The notes under the pieces were generated by a model, which did not search any database, had not been told where the DNA came from, and saw only the letters and a list, made by a program, of their open reading frames with translations. A DNA stretch of 53,676 nt. Origin: a virus (lineage: Duplodnaviria > Caudoviricetes). Shown here piece by piece: positions 46,393 through 53,676 of the stretch; within the stretch, counting starts at the first letter, position 1; each line of letters opens with the position of its first letter. A program made the position numbers and the translations under genes. The stretch covers positions 1 through 53,676 of IMG/VR virus record IMGVR_UViG_3300030101_001806; one strand, given 5' to 3'.

Positions 46393-47047
46393 TATTTTGC
46401 TCCGAAGTTAAACTTATATTTGCTGAAAAAGATCTTCTTTCACCTTCACCAAAGAAAGGATAAACAGTATGAAACAAATGTGATGGAAATATAAAAAGAT
46501 CTCCAACGACAGGCATGCAACATAAATTTCCTGGAGTGACAATAGAACTAGAGCCATAAATAAAATCAATGTAACCTTCTGTTGCGTATTTTTCTTTGGT
46601 GTTTCTTGTGTTCTTTTCACTTATTCCCTCTGGCACTTTTAAATATGCAACACAAGAAAATGTACCATTGGTGTGAATGTGAGTTGGATTGTAATCTGCC
46701 TCAAAAGATCTTACAAACCAAGAACTGTGAATGATTATCTGCTGTGGTATTGCATCATTTCCTCTTGTTCCTTTTTCTTTCATGAACTCATCATGCAAAC
46801 CTCTTGTAAGATTGCCAAGAAATTTTCCAAAAGGATTCATCTCTGGTGCGTTCATATCACATCTTAGTTCTTCTGCAACATGACCAACCAACTCTGCTGA
46901 TTCATCTAGTTCTTTTCTTTTATTATCATCTTGCAATATTTTATCACATTGCTCATTTAAAGAATTTACAAAATCCATTGGCATTTTTGCACGAAGTATT
47001 CGTGGTCCAAATGGTCTTAATATATCAACTTGAAGTTCTTGATTCAT
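46382..47047 (-). CDS. 2OG-Fe(II) oxygenase-like protein (TIGR02466-type)
   Basis: YNPTHIH...SCVAYLKVP...GDLFIFPS.L.HTVYPF...ERRSFSAN; start MNQELQ at 47047. Confidence 0.8.
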   Translation of the reverse strand: MNQELQVDILRPFGPRILRAKMPMDFVNSLNEQCDKILQDDNKRKELDESAELVGHVAEELRCDMNAPEMNPFGKFLGNLTRGLHDEFMKEKGTRGNDAIPQQIIIHSSWFVRSFEADYNPTHIHTNGTFSCVAYLKVPEGISEKNTRNTKEKYATEGYIDFIYGSSSIVTPGNLCCMPVVGDLFIFPSHLFHTVYPFFGEGERRSFSANISLTSEQNNVS

Positions 47048-47048
47048 A

Positions 47049-47306
47049 CTACCATGCCTTACAAGACCAATATCTTGCTTTTGTTTTTGGTCCAGGATTA
47101 TCACAGTTGTGCCTTGATCTAAAATTGCTCCTGCGTTTTGGCTGATTCTTTTTTATTTTCATGTTAGGATCTCCGAATGTAACTTTTTTTACTTTACCAC
47201 CATCCATAACATAAACGACAGACTTCTTTTTACCATAAGATGGTTCGCCTTTACCAATGCGTCTTGGCTTGTTAAGTGTAACCTTTCTGCCACGATATTC
47301 AGCCAT
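47049..47306 (-). CDS. Small basic protein
   Basis: KVTFGDPNM...RSNFRSRHNC...ARYWSCKAW. Confidence 0.75.
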   Translation of the reverse strand: MAEYRGRKVTLNKPRRIGKGEPSYGKKKSVVYVMDGGKVKKVTFGDPNMKIKKNQPKRRSNFRSRHNCDNPGPKTKARYWSCKAW

Positions 47307-47464
47307 TATTTGCCTTTGTGGACTTTTTGAATCTCAAATGATGCTTTTAAACTTGAACCTTTATGTGCTTTATAACCACCTGCAGGATTTTTCATAAGTT
47401 TAAAACCTTTGCCAGACTTCATCCAGTGAAAACCTTTTGGTGCTTCAACTGACTTCTTTGCCAT
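47306..47464 (-). CDS. Small basic protein (52 aa; not in ORF track)
   Basis: MAKKSVEAPKGFHWMKSGKGFKLMKNPAGGYKAHKGSSLKASFEIQKVHKGK. Confidence 0.7.
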   Translation of the reverse strand: MAKKSVEAPKGFHWMKSGKGFKLMKNPAGGYKAHKGSSLKASFEIQKVHKGK

Positions 47465-47466
47465 AA

Positions 47467-47742
47467 TTAACCTTTCTTTTTTGTTTTCTTCTTTTTACCT
47501 AAAAGATCTGAATCTGCTTTTCTGGCACCACCTTTACCACTGACAAAACTTTTTACACGACCCATTGCCCAAGAGTGTTGTGAAGTTTTTGGTCTTGAAC
47601 CAGAACTAAAGAATGCACCTTGACCTCTTTTGTAAACTTTGTCTAGTGTTGACTTGCTGAACCTACTCGCTCCTGGAATCGAGGAATATCGACCCATGTC
47701 TTTTTTAGACTTGCTCTTTTTCTTCTTAGTTGTTGCTGCCAT
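47467..47742 (-). CDS. Small basic protein
   Basis: LDKVYKRGQGAFFSSGSRP...WAMGRVKSF with poly-Lys ends. Confidence 0.75.
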   Translation of the reverse strand: MAATTKKKKSKSKKDMGRYSSIPGASRFSKSTLDKVYKRGQGAFFSSGSRPKTSQHSWAMGRVKSFVSGKGGARKADSDLLGKKKKTKKKG

Positions 47743-47930
47743 TAACCTTTGCTCCTTTGCTTACTAATTTTTTGCATCATTGCTTTTGTTAACTTGCCTT
47801 CTTTATATAGCTTGGCAGTCCTTTTTATCTCTCGTTCTCTTGCTTTTGGATTCTTAGCACCTGCCACATACTTCTTTGGCACGCCTTTTTTGGTCTTTGG
47901 AACTTTTTTAAACTTTCTTTTTCCTGGCAC
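47742..47930 (-). CDS. Small basic protein
   Basis: 62 aa; GTG start after AGGAGG. Confidence 0.65.
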   Translation of the reverse strand: MPGKRKFKKVPKTKKGVPKKYVAGAKNPKAREREIKRTAKLYKEGKLTKAMMQKISKQRSKG

Positions 47931-48066
47931 TTTTTTCTGCCCTCCTAAAATCTTTCTTTGATGGTGATCCTTTTGTTCCTCTTTTTCTCATCTTCTCTTT
48001 GGATCCAGCTTTTATTCGTTTTCTTTTTGCATGAATGTTAGCATACAATCCACGACGATTAGTCAT
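47908..48066 (-). CDS. Small basic protein (52 aa; not in ORF track)
   Basis: MTNRRGLYANIHAKRKRIKAGSKEKMRKKGTKGSPSKKDFRRAEKSARKKKV. Confidence 0.7.
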   Translation of the reverse strand: MTNRRGLYANIHAKRKRIKAGSKEKMRKRGTKGSPSKKDFRRAEKSARKKKV

Positions 48067-48601
48067 TAGGAAGATTCCTCAATGCACCCATTGATGGACC
48101 ATCAAAATTTCCCTCCAGCATTCCTGTCATCAACTCTCCCATGATTCGCTGATTAGGAACATCGCTCTTTTGATAAACTTGTGCAAGATCTTTTACTTCA
48201 TCAATACTTAATTGAAATGCACCATCTTTGTCAGTAAGTTTAGTGATTATTGAATCAGCAACTTCGTCTGCACCTGCAATATCAATGATGTCTTCTAAAT
48301 CAATTTCATCACCTGATTGTGCCATTGCTCTAAAAACAGCACTTGGACCATCAGCACCTTGTCTCATAAGATTATTAGCAATAGTCTGAGTTGTGTTTGG
48401 CAACATTTTAAATTGCTCATCAACATCCATCCCTAGATCTTTTCTACCTAAATTTTCTATGCCAGATCTTAAAACAGTATCTGCATCTTTATCAAAAAGT
48501 TTTTTAGAATCGACCTCAGCACCTCTGCCTGCTTTTTTTGTTGGCATGGGTCTATTGATAGCACCCAGAGCAGTTCTTAATCCTCTGCCAAACATACTCA
48601 T
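48059..48601 (-). CDS. Hypothetical protein
   Basis: 180 aa; ends GALRNLPND. Confidence 0.7.
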   Translation of the reverse strand: MSMFGRGLRTALGAINRPMPTKKAGRGAEVDSKKLFDKDADTVLRSGIENLGRKDLGMDVDEQFKMLPNTTQTIANNLMRQGADGPSAVFRAMAQSGDEIDLEDIIDIAGADEVADSIITKLTDKDGAFQLSIDEVKDLAQVYQKSDVPNQRIMGELMTGMLEGNFDGPSMGALRNLPND

Positions 48602-49053
48602 TTTCCTGCCTCAAATGTACCTAAAGCACCCATCATATTTTGATCTAATGTGTCTGTCATTCCTGGAGTCATTTCATCTAATCCCTCTGTTAAGAGTCTG
48701 TCTGTTTTATAACTTTCCTCTCTCATCTCTGGTGGAGGTGGTTGTTGATTTAAAAGTTCTTGTAACTCTGGTGGAATGATGTAGTTGTTTACTTCTGTGT
48801 CTGACATCATAGAATCATCGATTCCTAAAAATGCAAGATCTGCTCTTTTTCTTGCGACACCTGCTTTCATAAGCATTTCCAGTTCTTGTTGTAATCCTGG
48901 ATTCATTTTAAAAATTTCTGCTTGAGATGTGGTCGGCATAGGATTAAAAGCATTCGTTTGCATTTGTGTTCCTTGCATTGGACCCATTTCCATTGCTGGT
49001 TTTAGAGTGTCTTCTCTATCAGACATTGCTCCTTTATCTTTATGTCCTGGCAT
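48598..49053 (-). CDS. Hypothetical Met/Pro-rich acidic protein
   Basis: Likely start MPGHKDK at 49053; ends MMGALGTFEAGK. Confidence 0.65.
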   Translation of the reverse strand: MPGHKDKGAMSDREDTLKPAMEMGPMQGTQMQTNAFNPMPTTSQAEIFKMNPGLQQELEMLMKAGVARKRADLAFLGIDDSMMSDTEVNNYIIPPELQELLNQQPPPPEMREESYKTDRLLTEGLDEMTPGMTDTLDQNMMGALGTFEAGK

Positions 49054-49177
49054 TTTTCTTTCTCCCTTTTTTCTTTTTCTTCGCCAATGCTCGTAAGTCA
49101 GCACCAGTTATTTTGTTTCTTGGCTTTGCGACTCTTGCCAACTTTTTCTGCTTTGGTGAGTATTTACTAAAAGGCAT
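49040..49177 (-). CDS. Small basic protein (45 aa; not in ORF track)
   Basis: MPFSKYSPKQKKLARVAKPRNKITGADLRALAKKKKKGRKKNART; TAATG-coupled. Confidence 0.65.
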   Translation of the reverse strand: MPFSKYSPKQKKLARVAKPRNKITGADLRALAKKKKKGRKKNART

Positions 49178-49452
49178 TACATCACCTTTGGCGAACCATG
49201 ACCAAGTATCTCGTCCATCATACCTCTCATGTCACCACTGTCAACTTTCATAATTTTAACTTTTACATCGCCATCCATTTCTTCTTCCTGCTCTTCTTCC
49301 TCAGGCATAATCATTTCTTGCATGCAAAGTAAAAGAAAATTTGTTAATTGTTCCTCTGTTAACTCTAATCCTTCAGAGTCATGAGGAAAGCCCATCTTCT
49401 CTTCAAAGAGTTTTGCGTTTTCTTCGAAGTTTCCTATTTTTACTTCTGCCAT
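49177..49452 (-). CDS. Hypothetical acidic protein
   Basis: 91 aa; AAGGAG RBS. Confidence 0.7.
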   Translation of the reverse strand: MAEVKIGNFEENAKLFEEKMGFPHDSEGLELTEEQLTNFLLLCMQEMIMPEEEEQEEEMDGDVKVKIMKVDSGDMRGMMDEILGHGSPKVM

Positions 49453-49541
49453 TCTTGTCTCCTTTGAACTTTGATTTAATATAATCTCTGATAAAAATTA
49501 TTTTATCAACAAATTCTTTCATATACTTTATTATAAAATCT

Positions 49542-50609
49542 TTAATCATTCAAGTATCTCCTGATTTTACCAACGACATAAACTAATGGTTCTGCTATTT
49601 TCATATAAATCATGCCAAGATAATCTGGTTTCTTTTTAAATAAAATGTGTTTAATGTGATTGGTTCTTCTTCTTGCTAGATGGTTGCCAATCGCTGTTAT
49701 AATTTTACTTTTCTTCATGCCATTAACGAAAGGTCTAAATAAAAAGTGATAACCTTCTTGATGCAGTGGTGTTAAATATTTTTTCTGATAAATGTACCAG
49801 ATTTTCATAGCTTTTGACCAATCATCCAAACCTGTCTGACGATACATCTCTGTGCAAATTATTGATTTGTCATCTCCTGGATCTGGATCTGACTTCTCAC
49901 CTCTGTTCTCAAGTGTAACTGCACGACTAAATGCTGGATCAAATGCTTGGTTGCCAGTCTTTGGATCTATACTATCTCTAATATTAGATTGATATATATT
50001 ATCTGAGGCAAACTCACCTGTGGTTTTTATATCATCATCAAATTGACCTCCTAATATAGCATCTTCGTAAGTCATAATATTCCCTGCTCCTCCTGTAAAT
50101 GGTGCAAGGTCTTGATAATTACCTGTAAAACCAGATGATTTATAACCAGATCTTGTTGAGAATGGTTGAGTCTTTCCACCTATACTTGATGGTGCCACAT
50201 CTAAAGATGCATATTTAGGACTGTTTGCGAAGAAATCTGTTAATGATGTTTTACTTATAAACTCAGGATTTTCAACACCTTTACTTTTTTGATAGTCAAC
50301 AACCTCTTGACGCAGATTACCTAAAGCACCTGTTCCTGTGCCTGCTCTTTTCATTGATTCCATAAGTCCTAATTTTTCATTGCCTTGTAACTTATTTGCT
50401 ATATTTTCTGCTTGAGTTCTTCCGACCATAGTTCCAAATAAAAGAGCATCACCAACTCCAGGAAGAAGTGATAAAGGTGCTGCAGAGGGAATATTTATTT
50501 TTGTATCTGTAAATGGCAAACCAACAGAACCAGTATTTAAATCTAAAAGGTTAGATGTTAATTGATTAAACTGTTGTTGTGAGATTGGTCCTCTTTGTCT
50601 TGGTGCCAT
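49542..50609 (-). CDS. Putative virion protein with C-terminal ICTE..RQ/GYH domain
   Basis: 355 aa, coupled to the portal gene; C-terminal domain is paralogous to that of 26655-28031. Confidence 0.7.
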   Translation of the reverse strand: MAPRQRGPISQQQFNQLTSNLLDLNTGSVGLPFTDTKINIPSAAPLSLLPGVGDALLFGTMVGRTQAENIANKLQGNEKLGLMESMKRAGTGTGALGNLRQEVVDYQKSKGVENPEFISKTSLTDFFANSPKYASLDVAPSSIGGKTQPFSTRSGYKSSGFTGNYQDLAPFTGGAGNIMTYEDAILGGQFDDDIKTTGEFASDNIYQSNIRDSIDPKTGNQAFDPAFSRAVTLENRGEKSDPDPGDDKSIICTEMYRQTGLDDWSKAMKIWYIYQKKYLTPLHQEGYHFLFRPFVNGMKKSKIITAIGNHLARRRTNHIKHILFKKKPDYLGMIYMKIAEPLVYVVGKIRRYLND

Positions 50610-53014
50610 TATAACATGCCTTTTTCTATATTCTTCTTTCTTTCTATTGCAAGATCAAGTTCTAATTTTTTTATCTTGCCTTCAAGGTCTTGTTGTATCT
50701 TTGCTTGGTCTGCAGCAAGTTTCTGCCTTGCTTGAGCATCTTTTATCTGTAAATCTTGTGCTGCTTTTGCTTGGTCAGTTTGTATCTGTGCTGCAGTTCT
50801 TGCTTTGAGTGCATCTGCTTCAAGTTGTGCAAGCTGTTGTGCATACTGTAAAGGATTCGGTTGTTGTTGTGGCAATCCTCTTATTTGTTGCATGACAGGT
50901 GCTTGCTGTACGACTTGTGCTGCCCTCTGACTTATCATGGCATCTGTTCTTGGATCCACATCATTAAATTTAAATTTAGGATCTTTGAAATCTGGCAACT
51001 CTGGCATCGGCATACCAATAGCTGATTCCATCCTTGTTCTATATAATAGAGCAATATGCTCTGCAACGTGTGCTATCATTATTGGTTGCAAACCTCTTGC
51101 TGAAGGATTGCCACCAAGCGATGGATCTTGTAAAAACTGCATGTGGACAGCGATGTGGCTGTCATGGTCTTGTTCTGGAAATGCTCTGATTGGCTTACCA
51201 TACATCACTGACATGTTCTCATCTATTGGATCCATGCGTGGTGCCTCAGCAGGTTTTTCTAATATCTCATCAATGTTAGGTATTCTGATTGCCTCATACA
51301 TTCTTCTGTATGCCTCATAAACATCATGCAGTTGAGGTGCTGAAGTTGCCATTTGTAATATTGCTTGTGCTTGAGCGATCCTTTGTGCTGTGCTAAAAAT
51401 GTTTGGATCACTGACAGGTATAACATCAATCCTGCCATCAAAGTCTTTTGCCATAATTACAGAACTGACACCTGACATAGCAAAATCCAATTGTTCTGGT
51501 AAATACTTTGCATTCAGCTTGGCTAATAATTTAAACTCTTGTCCTTGAGCATTGTGCAGTCTTTTGTGTATCGCTGAAAATGATTTACTGCCTTGTTCTA
51601 TTAATGCAATAGTTGATCCGACAGGTGCATTAGGATTAACGTCGCCAACATTTAAATCTGCAGTTGCTGCAAATCTTTGTCCAGCTTGTACAATGGCATT
51701 CATTAAATTAAATAATGTGCCAGATGGTTCTTTAAATGGCAGTGGCATTATTGCCTTGTTTACATCATCAACTGTTGCGTCTAGATCTGCAAACTCTCCT
51801 GGATTGATTTGCATCTCACCACCAGTTACTCTGCCTTTTAATTTAAAACCACCTTGCATATTTGCGAATGCAGCAGAGTCTAATAATGCTCTCAAAGCAC
51901 CTGTTGCAGCCTTACCAAGTCCACCAATGAGATGATAAAGACCAAAACCATAAAATCCAGTTCCAGGAAGAAACCTATATGAAACAAACCAATCTCTTCG
52001 CTTTTTGTCTTCATCCTCTTCTTCCCAGTTTCTTCTGATGGAAACAATCGCTTGAGAATCATAATCTATTGTAACAACATATGGTAACATGACTTGGTTC
52101 TCTTCATCACTTGTCATTCCATCAATGCCATCAAAGATATCATAAACATGCATCTCTAAAAGAGTGACCATGGGATTGGATTCTGAATCCTCATAAGAGT
52201 CAACACCTTCAATCTGCTGTCCTATGTCACTGGCAGGATCATCACCAGACCCAACGTATTTAACTGGTAAATAAAAACCACTCTCAACATATCTGTTAAA
52301 ATCGTTTCTTGGTATTCTGATTATATGAGTATATCTTGGTGATGTATAAAGATCCTTGCTCTCTGGTGCGACAATAAAATCTTCTGCTTTTACAAACTGT
52401 GCGCACTGCCTATTTAAATTTGAATCCCACCAAACCTTTTTAAATGCATGACCAATTAGAGGTAGTTGGAAAAGCATTGAGTCAAGATCATCATAATACT
52501 CTGGCATCTGTTGTGTGATCTGGTAATTCATAAAATCACGAACTCTTCGTGCTTGGTCTTCTGTTTCTTCGTCTGGCTCACCTACAACAATTGTTTTTAC
52601 TGGACCACCAGATGGATAAAGTTCTGCAATCGCTCTTGCATTGAATTGTGTTGCTGCCTCAGCAATCATAGGATGAACGACTGTGGACAAACCTCTTGTG
52701 GCTCTCTGTTCTTCTTCCTCGAGCATACCACCATCTGGCTCAAGTGTTTCTAATCCTTGCTTATATCTTTCTTCCCAGTCAGATCTTGACTCTTTGTCAG
52801 AATCAAAATAGCCAATAAGATCTTGTGCTTTTTTATTTAGATCATTTTCATCTATCTCTTCAGCAATATTGTTATCAAAGGTTTCGTCTCTTTCTGACAT
52901 AGCATCAAGTGCAGGATCTCCGACCAACACCTCATCATTGCCTATATCTTCGACTTCTAAATTATCTGCTGGTTTGCCATCTGCGAATGGAACCACATTT
53001 GGTTGTCTAGCCAT
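50609..53014 (-). CDS. Portal protein
   Basis: 801 aa after terL; HPMIAEAATQF, GHAFKKVWWD, PLPFKEPSGTL, SAIHKRLH; Gln/Ala-rich C-terminal barrel. Confidence 0.9.
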   Translation of the reverse strand: MARQPNVVPFADGKPADNLEVEDIGNDEVLVGDPALDAMSERDETFDNNIAEEIDENDLNKKAQDLIGYFDSDKESRSDWEERYKQGLETLEPDGGMLEEEEQRATRGLSTVVHPMIAEAATQFNARAIAELYPSGGPVKTIVVGEPDEETEDQARRVRDFMNYQITQQMPEYYDDLDSMLFQLPLIGHAFKKVWWDSNLNRQCAQFVKAEDFIVAPESKDLYTSPRYTHIIRIPRNDFNRYVESGFYLPVKYVGSGDDPASDIGQQIEGVDSYEDSESNPMVTLLEMHVYDIFDGIDGMTSDEENQVMLPYVVTIDYDSQAIVSIRRNWEEEDEDKKRRDWFVSYRFLPGTGFYGFGLYHLIGGLGKAATGALRALLDSAAFANMQGGFKLKGRVTGGEMQINPGEFADLDATVDDVNKAIMPLPFKEPSGTLFNLMNAIVQAGQRFAATADLNVGDVNPNAPVGSTIALIEQGSKSFSAIHKRLHNAQGQEFKLLAKLNAKYLPEQLDFAMSGVSSVIMAKDFDGRIDVIPVSDPNIFSTAQRIAQAQAILQMATSAPQLHDVYEAYRRMYEAIRIPNIDEILEKPAEAPRMDPIDENMSVMYGKPIRAFPEQDHDSHIAVHMQFLQDPSLGGNPSARGLQPIMIAHVAEHIALLYRTRMESAIGMPMPELPDFKDPKFKFNDVDPRTDAMISQRAAQVVQQAPVMQQIRGLPQQQPNPLQYAQQLAQLEADALKARTAAQIQTDQAKAAQDLQIKDAQARQKLAADQAKIQQDLEGKIKKLELDLAIERKKNIEKGML

Positions 53015-53675
53015 AAATAGTTATTCTCCTCTGTTTTGGATCATCATCCTCCTCATCATAATCAGACGTGTGAGTGATAAACCAACCTTTGCGCAGTCTC
53101 AACCATGCTTGTGTGCATGTATCAACTATGTCATCATTTTCACCAGCAGGGAAAGTTGCACATATGTCTATTAAATTTTTACTCCATTTTTTGTCTGCAG
53201 GAAAGTAAATTCTTCCATCTTCCAATAATGCACTGCTTGCATGTGCTCGTGCTTCTTTATCTCTGTCAGGCATATACTCAAGAACTGGAATACCTGCCAT
53301 GCGTAAATCTTGCAGCAGAGATTGGCCAGATGCCTTCTTTTCTATCATCACTGCGTCTGGTTCATAATCATAATATGCTTCTTGTGCAAGTTTGCGAAGT
53401 TGGGGATATGTAACTCTGTCATACCACATCTCAAGAACAATAACATTAACTTGACCATGCAGTCTAAAAACTCCCCAAGTGGTTCTGGCAGAATATGATG
53501 TTTTCTCTTTTGTAGAAAAAGCTGTGTCATAGGACTGCAGCACATATTCAATATTCGGCATGGTTGGTTCTTCCCATGGTTGCCACCATTCAGCTTTTAG
53601 GATGCCACCACCTTTTGGCATTGGTCTTTGTTGTAACTGGCCAGCACTGGCATATGACCCAAGTGATTTCTCAAG
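53007..53675 (-). CDS. terL: Terminase large subunit, C-terminal nuclease part (5' end runs off the window and joins 1-1281)
   Basis: QSYDTAF, IEKKASGQSL, DKEARA, FPAGENDDIVDT (RNase H-like nuclease motifs). Confidence 0.93.
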   Translation of the reverse strand, partial: LEKSLGSYASAGQLQQRPMPKGGGILKAEWWQPWEEPTMPNIEYVLQSYDTAFSTKEKTSYSARTTWGVFRLHGQVNVIVLEMWYDRVTYPQLRKLAQEAYYDYEPDAVMIEKKASGQSLLQDLRMAGIPVLEYMPDRDKEARAHASSALLEDGRIYFPADKKWSKNLIDICATFPAGENDDIVDTCTQAWLRLRKGWFITHTSDYDEEDDDPKQRRITIYG

Positions 53676-53676
53676 T
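53238..53676. repeat. Imperfect direct terminal repeat, right copy
   Basis: Same sequence as 1-439 at about 96% identity; implies a circular or permuted genome of about 53,237 bp. Confidence 0.95.

Noticed and set aside
53238-53676. Diversity-generating retroelement TR/VR pair with 1-439
   Set aside because: Substitutions are not adenine-specific and are mostly synonymous, no reverse transcriptase is present, and the copies sit exactly at the contig ends
1-53676. tRNA genes, integrase/att site, intron or intein, alternative genetic code
   Set aside because: No cloverleaf or recombinase motifs were seen; DnaE, TerL and the helicases are uninterrupted; standard-code ORFs tile the genome densely

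Overview
The window appears to be a near-complete, circularly permuted dsDNA tailed-phage genome. The unit length is about 53,237 bp: bases 1-439 repeat imperfectly at 53238-53676, inside terL. It is AT-rich and looks podovirus-like and marine (LamG/SPRY fibre, 2OG-Fe(II) oxygenase, GroES, GTA-type holin). I saw no integrase, RNA polymerase or tRNA. The + strand (2746-20654) carries early and replication genes: an ART-fold protein, SSB, primase, UvrD and SNF2 helicases, a DEDDh exonuclease, a C-family DnaE polymerase and a PD-(D/E)XK nuclease. The - strand carries packaging, head, tail, lysis and ejection genes. The strongest candidate for an undescribed system is a translationally coupled operon (9387-16895) linking a UGM-like flavoprotein, a ThyX homolog with altered folate-site residues, a HAD phosphatase, an Nmad1-like protein, an SDR and a VOC-fold enzyme to the phage's own DnaE; it is a plausible pre-replicative pyrimidine-modification pathway. 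Other signals are a GAL-x-N-[LIV]-P peptide recurring in many unrelated late proteins, a shared Cys/His C-terminal domain on two virion proteins, five copies of one promoter-RBS cassette, and a cluster of protamine-like micro-proteins. All family calls come from motif recognition by eye; no searches were run.
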